From: Neophaeotheca triangularis
Lineage: Eukaryota
Direction: 5' to 3'
Length of the DNA stretch: 64,000 nucleotides
Assembly: GCA_054600435.1 (NCBI GenBank)
Contig: BAAIJX010000059.1
Location: 62,001-126,000 of the forward strand
Position numbers and translations under genes: made by a program. Under the pieces are notes generated by a model. It was not told where the DNA came from, searched no databases, and saw only the letters and a list, made by a program, of their open reading frames with translations. This document shows positions 36,874 to 49,367 of the stretch, piece by piece. The first letter of the stretch is position 1, and each line of letters opens with the position of its first letter.

Positions 36874-38194
36874 CTACTCAAGTCCCGCACCCATCTTCTT
36901 GATCTTCATCTTGCTGAGGTTCTCGGCCACAGCCTCGCCCTCATCGCGATCAACTCCCGCAACCCACTCCTGGATCTTCTCCTTCTCCTCATTGGCAACC
37001 ATCATGCTGGCGCGCTTGACGGGCTTGGAAGCCGATGGGGGAGAGGCGAACGTCGTGGCCGAGGCAGGGTGAGAGCCAAGCGGGTTGGGAGCGCGTGGGG
37101 CGAAAGGAATCCAGGGCGAAATGTGAATGTGACCCCCACCAGGAGAGGGGAGGTAGCGAGGGCACGGTAGATGGGAGGTGCTTGGAATGCGGAACCTGTC
37201 AGACGGGAGCTGTTAGTGTAGTTCTCTGGCTGGGGGATGTTCCGGTAGGGATGGTGTATGTGCAGGGTTTTACTTACGCAACGCCACCAGGCAGCATGTA
37301 GTCGGTGATCATCTCGCCTCCGGCACCGGCGACGAGGTTGCGCATGAGGAGCTCGGCGAGGCGCTGGTCCGTGCCGTCTTTTGCATCGATGGCGGCCTGT
37401 AGGGGTAGCATAGTCAGCACGTCGCCCGCCACAAAGTTTAACCTAGAGGTAAGTCAACTTACAAAGTACGCCTGTCCTCCAGCCAGCTTCTCCGCCTTGT
37501 GCTGGTCTTCGCTCTGCATCTCGAGCTGCTTCCTCAAGCTCTCTGGGATCTCATCGTCATCGCGCGTGCCCGCGCGAGACGGAACGGCCGGAGCCACTCT
37601 CTCCTCCCCGATTGCGTCGATCTTCTTCGTGCCTGCGGCAACGAACGGGTCAGCCTCGTCTTCGTCAATCGTGCCCAACCCCACCCCCCTTTGCACCGTC
37701 TCTTCAGGGGAGTACGAGGGCAGGGGAGGCGAGGTGGGAAATGCGGCGGCCAAGGGGGAGTTCTCTATACCCATGAATCCCCTGCGCTTGCTCGGGGCGA
37801 CGCCGGCACCGCGCGAACTCGGTGTGTAGTAGCTTGGGCTACTATCACCAACCATGCCCTCGCCTTCACCCTGGCCGAGGGTCTTGCTGGGAGTTGCGCC
37901 CATGGCGCCGGAGGTGTTGATGACGAGGGGACGGGAGGCGAGGAGGGGTGAGCCAGCGTCCTCTCCGGTGAGGTGGGGGTTGATACGCAACCCGAACGGC
38001 GAGGAGATGGTCGGCTCACTGGCCTTTCTGCCTCTGGCAGAGGTGAGGGAGGGGGTGGCAGGGCCACGGGAGTTGGCGGCCGGAGAGGAGGCGTCCGGGG
38101 AGAAGGACACCGCCCTCTTAAGGGCGCGCAGGGGAGTCCAACGGCTCTGGGCCGTGGTAGGGGTGTTCGGGGCGGTGTTGCTGTCGCCCGACAT
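36874..38194 (-). CDS. Low-complexity Ser/Pro-rich hypothetical protein, 3 exons
   Basis: ORF from MSGDSNTAP. Two canonical GTAAGT..CTRAC..CAG introns join frames through AAIDAKDGTDQRLAELLMRNL and ...EKIQEWVAGVDRD...MGAGLE*. Confidence 0.65.
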
Positions 38195-40920
38195 GGTGTT
38201 GGAGGAGGCGGATGAGAGGAGGAGAGGAGGAGAGGAGGAGAGGAGGTTGGAGGAGTGGCGGTGGTGGTGGTGAGGTGAGGTGAGGTGAGTATTGACGACC
38301 GAGAGCAAGCGGAGCAAAGAGCTTTAGTAGGCTGATGAAGTATTGCAGGAAGTGGTGCTGGTGAAGAAAACAAGGGCCTTGGATGGTACGCAGTGCTTGG
38401 TGTCGTTGTTGCTGCCGTAGAAAGGAAGTAAAGGAAGCAAAGAACGAATTCGCCAAGTTTGTAGTGCGAATGTGGGAATCTCACTTGAAGGGCAGGCACG
38501 GCGGAGATGAGCTCACTTGGCGCTGACTCCGCCTGCGTCATAACGACGACGTAGGCAGCAGCGCGGAAAGTTCACTGAGGGCATGAGGGGGTGTAGTGAG
38601 GTCGATGTGCCAAGAATTGGGTCCCCGATGGTGAGGTAGCCGGTTAACAATGCCATCCCGGTATGCGCAGCGCCTCTAAGTGATGAAGCCATCCTCCGCT
38701 GGGGTTCAGAAAGGACAACAGCTCGCTGCGATAGGTGCTAACGATTGGTGTAGTATAACAGGCCGTGAGACACCGAAATGAACTTATAACTGGTCTTGAG
38801 CGAGGGTGGACGAAGAGTTTAGCAGTCGCCGGCACGCTGATATGGTGGCATCGATGTTATCCCGGCTTTGCTTTGACAGGATCCTGATGGCCCAGTCTGT
38901 CCCAAAGTATGAAAGTCGAGCGGCTGGTTGACCGGAAAGGGTATGGAGGAGTAGAGTAGGAACGTGTAGCTCAGCCGGCGGCCGCCACGAGTGAGTTGCA
39001 GCAGCTCTCGACTAGGGGGGTGAAAGGAGTGTGACCAAAGCCGTTGTACTGGAAGGGAGCGAACAACGGCGTCTCGGCCTTGATCATACATTACTGTCCT
39101 GCAACCATTCTGCAATTGCACCAAGAACGTATGGCTGACTGACCATGAATGGCATTGACGACCGAGCCAATAGCACAAGCTCAAGCCGCCGGGAATGGAT
39201 TCAAATAAGCCTCTTGCGAAGCCAACAAGTCGTACAATGACTGCGACGATGCTAAGATGAGGTGATAAGTCCGTCCTGGCTCTTGCCGCGCATTTTTGTA
39301 ATATAGCTGCTCCGCAATAGCATTCGGCAAAAGGGTACAATACTGCGACGGGTGTTAGCGAACGAAGCTGAACAATTACACCAAGCAACCGGGAAGGTGT
39401 TGCGTCGGGCCTAACTTGAAGCTAGGAGAGAAGCATCGTGTGTTCAGAGGACGCCTACCTCAAATTTCCGAAAGCACTACACTGGAGTATAGCGTGGAGC
39501 GCCCGATGAAGACCTCAAGGCTAATTGAAGGCTTCATCAACTCCAGTGGCATAACTTTCTCCGGCCGCAATGGTCCGACAGGTCATTGGTAGCCATGGCG
39601 ATCCATCTTAACACACCTAGGCCGTTTCGTCCCTTCTGGATTCAGCTGTAGATGGCGAGTACGTGTCGAGCATCGCCGAGAAACCCCCATTTTCTGCGCA
39701 GCAACTTTCGCCGAACATCTAGCCTACTCTCGAACTAAATATAAGCCGACGGGATCTATGTATAGAGCACTGTAGGATTATGGCGTAGGCAGGAAGGTCT
39801 CCACTTGTGGCTGTATCAGCATCTTTCCACGGTCCGGGCAAAGAATCCCTCAGTTTGGTCCAGCCCCACGGTAACAATGTAACCATGGGGCAGGCGACAT
39901 GGCCTTATTGAAGCACGTTGTCCCGGGCTTTGTATTGGTGACTTCGCCTGCAGGCAACTGGACGCAGCACTCGACAGGCGAGGGCATCAAACAACAAGAA
40001 ACATGTTGTGCGCTCCGACAATACGGACAAGATGGAAAGCACGGATAGTGAAGCGAAGAAAAAAGGGAAACCTCGTTGCTGCGGTACGATGTGACCAACC
40101 TGACTGCAATCTCGTAGCTGTGTGCCAGGCAATTGAATAGTGTGCTAATCAACATGCCAGTCCATGGCAGATCGACGTTGCTACGACGCCTTACTGCCTC
40201 CTCCTCAAATGCTGATGCGAATGACCGTTCAAAGTAGGATGCTGCTGAGATGACAGTATCCGAGTGGCCCCACGAGATGCTGCTGCTCCCTGGCAAAAGA
40301 ACGCGAAGTGTAATACCAGGGCCTAGCTAGCAGTTCATGTTAAGGCATCATCGGATTGTCGCCCTGGCGCCCAGTCATATGATTCGCAATATCGATTCGA
40401 ACGCCGCGAGAGTCGATATCTAGGCAGATGCGGAGCTGCCCCTCGAGGAATGTACAGCCATCATTTAGCAGTCCTGCAACTCACACCTGGGACAGCGCTG
40501 TTCCATATGATCAAGTGGCAATGGCGGCTCGATCGGTCCAGGATAAAAGTGTCAGACCGCACAAGCTACGGGGAACGCCTACGGTGGCCTGGTGAGCGGT
40601 AATGAAAGCGCTTTGCTGGCGATACTGAGGCATTGCTGCGGACCAGAACGCCCGTGATCAGCTAACAGGTACTTGCAAAGGCCTTGTTGTCTCGGTTCGG
40701 GGTTCAATTCAGTTGAGCATCTGATCGGTATTCCGTTCATGATGTGTTGCAATCGATAGTCGAAGAGAGGTGAAGTCAAAGTAGACAACGGACTAGCGCG
40801 CCAAGCCAAGCTTCGATTGGCTTGTTCCCGAAAGGAGATGGCATTCCGGGGCTGCATCTGCCAACGAGCAACTCCCCAAAAATTGTCCAGAACCTCCGCA
40901 CTGCTGGGTGATGGACGGCA

Positions 40921-41972
40921 ATGCCAGACGATGACACGACCTCGACGCATGCTGGAGAGCGCAATCTGAGCAAGGATGCAGCGAAATCCGACCAGCAAAC
41001 GCAACAGCGCGGTTGGTTCTCCATACCCCCCGCGCTGAAAGAAATATTTGATCGATACCCGCTGGTCGAATACGCGCGGAACGAGCTACCACTGCGGGCT
41101 CCGAGGAAAAGAGAAGAGAACGTGTTATACATCTTTACTACGGAGCGAGATGCGCGAGCTGGGCGAGCGAGCTTCAACCCTGCGTGCTTGAAATGGCAGG
41201 TCAGTGAAGATCAAGAATGAAGCAGGCTTGGCAATCGCTGACAGGCTCATTGTAGACATATATGAAGTTCACAGAAATCGCCTTTCAAGTCCGGCCATCA
41301 AGTAATCACGCTTCGCCGTCAGGCGCCTTGCCTTTCTTGCTGCCAGCCAGTCCGAGCATCGATTCAGAGAAACCAGTGGACCCTGTGCCTAGCAACAAGC
41401 TCAGGAAGTGGCTGAGTTCTCAATCAGGCACCGAGCTGCCCGCCGAGCCAGAAGACGTCCGGTACGAAGCTTATGGCGCCCTTGTAGAAGGGGCTATTAG
41501 GAAAGCATGGGTACGGCCCCTGGACCCCCTTTACGTAGCAGTTCAAGAGACCCTGTGCAACTGACAGTCCTCCCAGCTCTATCAACTCTACATCAATTCC
41601 GCCAACCGCACTCTCCTCCATCGCCTCTATACCCGACCAAACTCTACAAATCCTTTTGTGCAAGCAGCCATAGTACATCAGCTTCGCTCGGCAGCCACAG
41701 CTGAGCTCACGAAAACGACGTTCACCATCTCAGAAGCAGCACTCATGCACGACGCTGAAGAGGCTTTCGCAGCGCTGAGCCAATTGCTTGGAGAGGAGAA
41801 TTGGTTTTTCCAGCAGGACAGCCCGGGGCTCTTCGATGCCAACATTTTCGCGTATACCCATTTGATACTGGATGAGAGGTTCGGCTGGGGAGAGAACAGG
41901 TTGAAAGGGATTTTGGAAGGATATGCGAATCTGGTAGCGCATAGGGACCGCATACGGGAGATGTACTTTTAG
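40921..41972 (+). CDS. SAM35: Mitochondrial outer-membrane SAM complex subunit Sam35 / metaxin-like, 3 exons
   Basis: IPPALKEIFDRYPL, SFNPACLKWQ|TYMKF, SSNHASPSGALPFLLP, GST-C-like AFAALSQLLG...PGLFDANIFAYTHLIL. Confidence 0.85.
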
Positions 41973-42559
41973 CGGTTAAAGCGCGTTGTGAGAGTAATGG
42001 TTGGAAATTTCGAATCAGCTCGAGACAAGACACAAAACTTGTTGACGCGGTGAGCCTTGTATCATATTCAGTGCCAGCCGTTTCCAGGTAAGCATTGCTG
42101 GTTCTATCTGCTGGGAGTTTTATGAAGTTCTGTCGAGCATGCCGTACCTTTTCAGTAAGGAATCATTTGACTTTTCTTAAAGTTCTCTGAAAACATGTTC
42201 CGGGTTTTTACTGTATGCCAGCCTCGCCATCCCTGTGCCTCCATTTTTCGCGCCGATGCACAGCGGGGGCTGAATGGCAACCTCGACGTCCTAAGTGCCC
42301 AGGTGCATAGGTGGGAGACCGATGGAGCTTCGTCAGCCGAGATCTTCAGCTGCACCCCGCACGCCTCCAATGGCATTACATTACATCGAGACTACTTGAA
42401 CGAAAGACCCATACACGACATCGACGTTTTTGTCTTTACAATCGCAGTCGCGCACCTTAGATCATATCATTTCGTGCTCTTGTCGATTTAACGAAAGATA
42501 CTGGACGCAACACCAAGGGCTGTCAAGGCTCGCAACGGCATCGGACATCACAAAATACC

Positions 42560-44005
42560 ATGGCAGCTCTACGAGTCTCTCGAATGACTCCACGATTAGC
42601 ACCAAAGCTCTTCGATCAAGTGGTTGCCTCGCATCAACAGAGAGCTGGCTCGCAAATCAGGCGCAAAAACATCCGCAGCCTGGCAACAGCCTCAGACTTC
42701 CCTAAATACCTTAAGTCAAAACCCCCCATTACACCCGACTTTAGCCCCAACGCCGACGTCCCCAGCATCGTCAAAGGCGTCATCGACGACATCCGCAGCA
42801 ACGGCGATGCAGCAGTCAAGAAGTATTCGACCAAATTCGACAAATGGGACCCAAGCGAAGGTTTCAAACTGAGCGCCAGCAAGATTGACGAAATCATGTC
42901 GACCGTGGACCCGCAAATCATCACTGATATCAAAGAAGTCCAGCTCAACGTCCGGAAATTTGCGGAAGCTCAGCGTGGCAGCCTTCGCGATTTTGAGATG
43001 GAGAGTGAGCCGGGTGTGTTTATGGGGCAGAAGAATATCCCCATAGCGTCCGTTGGGGCGTACATTCCCGGGGGCAGGTATCCGCTTCTTGCTTCTGCCC
43101 ATATGACTGTACTCACGGCCAAAGTCGCTGGCGTGCCGAATGTTGTGGCTTGTACGCCACCTATCGCTGGAGAAATCCCCGCTTCGACGGTCGCTGCCGC
43201 TCACCTCGCGGGTGCGGACAGTATCTATCTGCTCGGAGGTGTGCAAGCTATCGCAGCTATGGCAATGGGCACGGAGACGATCGACGCCTGCCACTTCATC
43301 GCTGGGCCAGGAAATGCATTTGTTGCCGAGGCGAAGAAGCAGCTTTTCGGCGCCATTGGAATAGATCTGCTGGCAGGGCCGACCGAGGTTTTGGTTGTAG
43401 CCGATAGGCATGCGGACCCGTATACCTGTGCTGTGGACTTGTTGAGTCAAGCCGAGCACGGACCGGATACCCCTGCAGTTTTGATCACAGATTCGGAAGA
43501 AGTTGGCAGTAAGACAATCGAATGGGTGAAGAAGTTGTTGCCGATCCTACCGACCCGGGATCTGGCGGGCACGAGCTGGGAGAACTTTGGAGAAGTGATT
43601 GTAGTAAGGGATCTGGACGAAGGGTACAAGCTGGCAGACGAATACGCGAGCGAGCATGTGCAGATTCTTACGCGCGAGCCTAGGCAAGCGCTGGAGAAGA
43701 TGCGCAATTATGGTTCCATCTTCCTCGGCGAGAACACTTGCGTGTCTTTTGGTGATAAGTGTATCGGAACTAACCACGTCTTGCCCACAAAGAAGGCGGC
43801 GCGATACACGGGAGGTCTATGGGTTGGTAAGTTTTTGAAGACTGTTACTTGGCAGGAAGTTGTGGATGAGAAAGCCAGTGGAAGGCTGGGCAGGCTTTGT
43901 GGAAGGTCGGCGAGGGCGGAGAGGTTTGAAGGGCATGCAAGGAGTGGTGATTTGAGAGCGAGCAGAGGGTTGGGTGACAAGTTTGCGTGGATGAAGGAGG
44001 CGTGA
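42560..44005 (+). CDS. Stand-alone histidinol dehydrogenase-family protein (HisD/HpsN-like), intronless, with mitochondrial-type presequence
   Basis: YIPGGRYPLLASAHM, GGVQAIAAMA, GPGNAFVAEAK, GIDLLAGPTE, DLLSQAEHG, ASEHVQ, GDKCIGTNHVLPT. The HisI/HisE domains of trifunctional His4 are absent. Confidence 0.9.
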   Translation: MAALRVSRMTPRLAPKLFDQVVASHQQRAGSQIRRKNIRSLATASDFPKYLKSKPPITPDFSPNADVPSIVKGVIDDIRSNGDAAVKKYSTKFDKWDPSEGFKLSASKIDEIMSTVDPQIITDIKEVQLNVRKFAEAQRGSLRDFEMESEPGVFMGQKNIPIASVGAYIPGGRYPLLASAHMTVLTAKVAGVPNVVACTPPIAGEIPASTVAAAHLAGADSIYLLGGVQAIAAMAMGTETIDACHFIAGPGNAFVAEAKKQLFGAIGIDLLAGPTEVLVVADRHADPYTCAVDLLSQAEHGPDTPAVLITDSEEVGSKTIEWVKKLLPILPTRDLAGTSWENFGEVIVVRDLDEGYKLADEYASEHVQILTREPRQALEKMRNYGSIFLGENTCVSFGDKCIGTNHVLPTKKAARYTGGLWVGKFLKTVTWQEVVDEKASGRLGRLCGRSARAERFEGHARSGDLRASRGLGDKFAWMKEA

Positions 44006-44536
44006 ATGCGCAAGAGTGAACTAGATCAGGTCAGTGAATATGTTCTAGCATCGGTGCTGAAGCATGTCATGTGTTGCAGAAGCCTCAGAATTCCCCCGGA
44101 TCCTCGCCTCGAAGCTTACTCAGTAACACCTCCGTGAAAGTGAAGTGTTAAATGAGTCTACCCTAGGGGTCATGACTTTCCAAAGTATTGTTTCTCATTG
44201 CCAACCTACCACTAACTTACCTCTCAACCGTGCTTTTGTGCGAAGAATCACCGCCTCCCTCTGGAATGCAACGATTCACGAAGATATCGACCGTACCCTG
44301 GCCCTGATCCTGTTCTCAGCTTTCAACAGCACCTACTGCTGCACACTCACCAAGGGAGGAGGTAAGCCAACTCGACCGGCACTTTCTAGGCTACGGTATC
44401 TGACGCCGCAGACAGGAAGCTCAAACCCCCACGGGCCGCCCACTTTCGTCTTCTAAAATCCACGAGAAACCGAAATCCACTATCCTTCAAGCTCACTCAC
44501 TTCACCAAATTTACAAGACACCGATCACGACCCAAA

Positions 44537-45157
44537 ATGCCCATCACCACGAACACTCAAGCGCGGCGCACCGCCCTGGGTCTCAACAAAACCGAAGACA
44601 CCCGCTCTGCAGTCCAGAATGTCTTTGAGACAGTCGAGCTACTTGAACCAATCCTTGCGCTTCTCCCTATCCGCGATTTGCTGGTGAACGGCTCTCGTGT
44701 CTCACGCGGTTTCAAGGCTACTATTGATGACTCGCCTACGCTTCAAGCCAAACTTTTCTTCCGCCAGCCGACCGCAGATCTACCCGCAGGCGTGGAAGTT
44801 GAGCTCAATCCGGTCCTTGTCGGATCCCCATGCTGTGACGAAGGGTTTCTCAGCAAATTCCGCTGGTACAGCTCAAAACGGTTCGAGGGGTACGATCGGG
44901 AGTTCTTCCATCTGATTCCTGAAGCGGACCCGTACCGTGAGTTCGAACTTTGGTACGCGCGGTTTGACATCTTTCGGAAACGACTGGAGATCCAACTAGG
45001 TGAAGTCATATCTTCACGAGCGAGACCACCATCTAGAGGTTCATGGCAACGCATGTTCTTGTCGCGATACAAGCACGACATATTCTTATTACGTACGGAC
45101 CACACAGATGATGATTTCTTTAATGAACGCCTTCAGTCCGAGGAGGGGGGTCCATAG
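44537..45157 (+). CDS. F-box domain protein
   Basis: VFETVELLEPILALLPIRDLLVNGSRVSRGFKATIDDSPTLQAKLFF, ELNP, GSWQRMFLSRY. Confidence 0.75.
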   Translation: MPITTNTQARRTALGLNKTEDTRSAVQNVFETVELLEPILALLPIRDLLVNGSRVSRGFKATIDDSPTLQAKLFFRQPTADLPAGVEVELNPVLVGSPCCDEGFLSKFRWYSSKRFEGYDREFFHLIPEADPYREFELWYARFDIFRKRLEIQLGEVISSRARPPSRGSWQRMFLSRYKHDIFLLRTDHTDDDFFNERLQSEEGGP

Positions 45158-46117
45158 GAGACTGTGGCAAACTTGTTTGGAGGACCGGACTACCATTGTT
45201 ACTGACCTTCGCGCTTTTCTCCGGACGAAGAATGAAGAGTCGAGACAGAGACTCGCCATGTCACTGAACAAGAGAAGCGGTAATGGTTTCCTCGGCAAGC
45301 GATGAAGTGGCCAAGACAGGTCATGGCGGGCATGGCATCGCGAGAACAACGACCGAAGCGCTAGGCAGAAGTTTGCAAGGGTTCTGAGGTGTAGTGTAGA
45401 AGGGGTCACCTAGGTGGAGATTGCGCTGCGATCCTGTGCGCTTTCTGCGTTCGAAGATGATGATCGGGGTACCTTCACGCTTGTGAAGAGTGCCTCTCCT
45501 TCCTCACGTATCGAAAGCCTGCATTGGACGTAGAGAGCGGCCGCCAGATTCTTCTAGCCAGACCAGTATCTCGTTAATATCTGATCCTTCAATCTCCGTG
45601 ATTTCGTGCTCTCACACCGTTGCTTTTCGCTATTCCCATTGCCTGAACACCAAGACCAAGGCCGTAGCAACATGTCGCTCAGGTCTCAGTCAGAGACACT
45701 GCATAAATGAGGTGACGTCGCAAAGTCCACGTGACGAATCTTGGCGCCGAAGTGCCCAAAGCCACCCATCAACGACTCGCCCACTTCCACATAACTCCTT
45801 CTCTTCAACAATGCTTGACATAGGCTAGTGAGACAGTCTTCTTAGCATTCGAATACAGGAGTACGAGTATCTTGCAAGAGCAAAGAGCGAGGTCGATAAC
45901 GCTCCTTTTCAGCCAGCCGTAGCGTTTGGGTTCGATCTGTTTATTTCCCACTGCAGAACACCGCCTTCAACTTCACATCACGCTTTAACCCTGGCACTGG
46001 AGGGTTGCATATTCGATAGTGGAGTCGATTGCATTGCTTCCTGTCCCCTTTCTGCGCCATTCGCACCTCGATTGCTTCCGAAGCGCACCAGATCAACACC
46101 GCGTAGAGCCAGCCACC

Positions 46118-46828
46118 ATGACGACTCCAACCTGTACTACAACCTCCACCTCGCCCCAACTCGCTCCAGACCCACGCTCCCCCGCCGAGAGAACCCTCAA
46201 CACCGTCGAACTTCTCGAGCAAGTTCTCCTCCATCTACCAGAAAAAGACCTACTAGTCAACGCGCAACGAGTCAACCAGCAATTCAAAGCCACCATCGAC
46301 GGTTCCTTTATCCTGCAGGAGAAGTTGTGCTTCCGTCAAACCAACAAGGAAGTCCCCTTCGACGAGACCGAGTGGATCAATCCCCTCTTCACCGGCAACA
46401 AGAACATCCTGACGCGCGCAATCTGGTACGCGAGGAAGAAGGGCGCGCCATCTCTCGCACCTGTAGATGGGGAGTGGGTTGATGACTGGGGTATGGACGA
46501 CCGCAATGCTGTTCTCGAAGAAATCGATACGCAGACGAACGTAGACGAAGGGGTCGAGCAGCCAAGCATCGTTCTCACCTACACCCCCCGCCAGTGTCGC
46601 AGACACAAGTGGTACAAGACGTTTACAGTACCGCCAGAAGGATCATGGCAGCGCATGTTTCTGTCGCGTTACCGGTTCATCGAGGTTTTGGCGGAGGTGG
46701 ATATTGGTAATCAAGGGCACTCGTGGCTCTGCAATGAGGAGATGGAGTTGGGATTGCTTTTCATGTGCGAGGAAGATGATGCGGGGCGCGAGGACTACTT
46801 CAACTTCGGCGGCCAATTCAGTTTTTGA
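46118..46828 (+). CDS. F-box domain protein (tandem paralog of 44537)
   Basis: TLNTVELLEQVLLHLPEKDLLVNAQRVNQQFKATIDGSFILQEKLCF, WINP, GSWQRMFLSRY. Confidence 0.78.
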   Translation: MTTPTCTTTSTSPQLAPDPRSPAERTLNTVELLEQVLLHLPEKDLLVNAQRVNQQFKATIDGSFILQEKLCFRQTNKEVPFDETEWINPLFTGNKNILTRAIWYARKKGAPSLAPVDGEWVDDWGMDDRNAVLEEIDTQTNVDEGVEQPSIVLTYTPRQCRRHKWYKTFTVPPEGSWQRMFLSRYRFIEVLAEVDIGNQGHSWLCNEEMELGLLFMCEEDDAGREDYFNFGGQFSF

Positions 46829-47083
46829 TCCGGGCTGAACTGGACGGAGGTCGAGCTCATTCTCTTGCGATTTTGAGTGGAAAAAAGAGATTCGGCGTGA
46901 TAGCGATATAGCTCCGGAGATGACGGGAAAGGGTGGTATCTTAGGGGATCGAAGTTTGCGGGAGAAATGAGCTGGGCAGGTGTCTTCACCCTACAGTGAA
47001 TAGAAAGGTAGTTGACGAGCTCGAGGGTGGTGCTGGACTTGCGAAGACAAAAATTGTCAGATTGGATATCTCTTCGGCGTTCG

Positions 47084-47869
47084 TTACTCAATCGAGCCAC
47101 CTCTTTCCTTCCAAATCTTGATCCTCTTCTTCAAATCACCCTCACTCCTCTGCATATAATTAATCTTCATGTCCCTCGCCATCTTCCCGTAATCCTCCCC
47201 ATGCTTCCTGACAAGCTCTTTGATAAAAGCCACCTCGTTCTCAGTCTGCTTGCGCTCGTACTTGGCTTTGGGCCGACTCGCCCTAGCCTCCAACGCCTTC
47301 ACCACCTCCGTCTTGCCCTCCTCGTCATCCTCATCATCATCCTCCCTCCCCTGATCCCCCCTCAACTCAAGATCGTGCTGCTGCTTCGCCAACTGTTCCC
47401 ACGAAGCTCCCTCCTCCCCATCCTCCTCATCCAAACCCTCAACCTCATTTAACGGATCATTCAGCGGATTCGGCTTCGACCTCTTCTCCTCCACAACCCT
47501 CAGAATTCTGCCCGTCTCAGGATCCCTCTCAACCCTCACCTCGCCCACATCAAGTCTCTCCTTCCGCTTCGAAGAGCCCGACGTCACATGCAGCGAATCA
47601 GCACCACTTCGCTTGCGCTTCCTGCCCTCATCGTCGCTGCCATCGTAGACTCCCAAATCTATGTCGCCGCCCTTGCGCTCGACGCCACCGGTGTGTTTGT
47701 TCAATTTTGTCGCGAGACCGAGGCGTTTGTAGTTTTGTGAAAGAGTCTGTGATTTGTCCCAATTTGCGGCGATGATGGGGTTGGAGAGGATGTGCTTCTG
47801 GCTTTTGGGCTTTTGTGTCACTTTCGCGGTGGAAGAGCGCATCTTCTTTTTTTGGCGTGGGTTTCCCAT
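47084..47869 (-). CDS. NOP16: Nucleolar protein 16 (ribosome biogenesis)
   Basis: MGNPRQKKK, IIAANWDKSQTLSQNYKRLGL, LVRKHGEDYGKMARDMKINYMQRSEGDLKKRI. Confidence 0.92.
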   Translation of the reverse strand: MGNPRQKKKMRSSTAKVTQKPKSQKHILSNPIIAANWDKSQTLSQNYKRLGLATKLNKHTGGVERKGGDIDLGVYDGSDDEGRKRKRSGADSLHVTSGSSKRKERLDVGEVRVERDPETGRILRVVEEKRSKPNPLNDPLNEVEGLDEEDGEEGASWEQLAKQQHDLELRGDQGREDDDEDDEEGKTEVVKALEARASRPKAKYERKQTENEVAFIKELVRKHGEDYGKMARDMKINYMQRSEGDLKKRIKIWKERGGSIE

Positions 47870-48081
47870 GTTGTCGGTGGAAGGAGGTTACTGGGGTTTT
47901 GTGGTATCGTTGGGTATATCGAGATAGTGGTGATTGGGAGGAAAATGATATCGAAGTTTTGGAAAAGGTGAAGCTGAATTTTTGAGTTTGGAAGGTTTGC
48001 CGAGCGGGCGACTTCACTCCCTCCCAGCTACTAGCTGGCCTGACCACGTGCCGTTAACCTTAACAGCCATCAAGGTTAACT
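47870..48081. promoter_or_regulatory. Short bidirectional promoter between NOP16 and the ZIP transporter
   Basis: Head-to-head ATGs about 212 bp apart; one CACGTG near 48045. Confidence 0.5.
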
Positions 48082-49367
48082 ATGGCGGTCCTCTCTTTCA
48101 GACTGGCATTGTTGGTCGCTGTAGCTTTCTTGGTATGCGTTGTTGTCGCGCAAGACGGCGATATCAAGTCAAAAGCGGTGGATGTAGCATCTCTGACCAC
48201 TCAGGAGATAGAGCAACATTTACAAGTAGGCGCTACGTTTAATCATGGCGCAGAAGACATTATACTAATGTAGTGATATAGCAATGCCCTGTCCTGGTTG
48301 ACCTTGCCGCTCACCATGCCTTCACCAACCCGCCAACTCAATCCTCGCTCCAGAAAGCCTTCACCTACCTCTTCCCCTCGTCGTCTCCCGCTTTCAATGC
48401 GCTATTGGGAACGCTATACATATCTGGCCCACCGAACCTACTCCTGGCGCTATGTCCCACCGATATCGACCCGCGAAACCTGAATATCATGGTGGCTTTT
48501 GCAGTGGGAGGGTTGCTGGGTGATACATTGTTTCATCTTCTCCCCGAGATCTTCCTCGGCGAGGTTCCTGCAGGGGAAGTACGAGCAGTGCTTGTAGAGC
48601 CTAACAAGAACCTGCTTCTCGGCGTGGCCATCATGGTAGGCTTCGTCACTTTCGTGGCCATGGACAAAGGTCTACGTATCGCAACGGGCGGCGAAGGACA
48701 CACCCACGACCACTCCGGCCATGACTCCGCTTCCACGTCCAACGGCTCAACCACCACCGCAACCTCCCAACCCGACACTTCATCCCTCAAACAACGCAAA
48801 CCTCGAATGGAAGCCACTAGCACCGACACCACCAAAACAATCGAAACGAAAAGCCCCCGAAAAGAAATCAAACTCTCCGCCTACCTCAACATCATCGCCG
48901 ACTTCACCCACAACATCACCGACGGCCTAGCCCTCTCCTCCTCCTTCTACGCCTCCCCAACCATAGGCGCAACAACAACCCTCGCAGTCTTCTGCCACGA
49001 AATCCCCCACGAGGTCGGCGACTTCGCACTCCTCATCCAAGGCGGTATGAACAAGCGCACGGCCATGGGGTTACAGTTTGTGACGGCTTTGGGAGCAGTT
49101 CTGGGTACGGCAATTGGTATTGCGGTGCAGGAGTTTGGTGCCGGGGGTGGCGAGGCCGCGGAGGGTTTGTGGGGCACGAGTTTGAGCTGGGGGGATTTGT
49201 TGCTGCCGTTCACGGCTGGTACATTTTTGTACGTCGGCACGGTTGGCGTTATTCCCGAGATGTTGGAGACGGGGCCGGAGAAGCTGAGGGAGTTGAGGGG
49301 GATGGCGATGCAGTTCTTGGCTATGGCGTGCGGGGCGGGGATTATGTTGGGGATTTCGTGGGAGTAG
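48082..49367 (+). CDS. YKE4: ZIP-family (LIV-1/ZIP7) ER zinc transporter; intron 48226-48281
   Basis: Signal peptide, FAVGGLLGDTLFHLLPE, His-rich loop HTHDHSGH, LNIIADFTHNITDG, HEIPHEVGDFALL, PFTAGTFLY. Confidence 0.92.

Noticed and set aside
38819..40296. ORFs of 148-189 aa between the hypothetical gene and SAM35
   Set aside because: Non-ATG starts, no motifs, and no coding-like composition.
45140..45305. Possible G-run frameshift extending the first tandem F-box gene
   Set aside because: The paralog ends a comparable distance after the shared motif, so the stop at 45157 is acceptable. This cannot be decided without reads.
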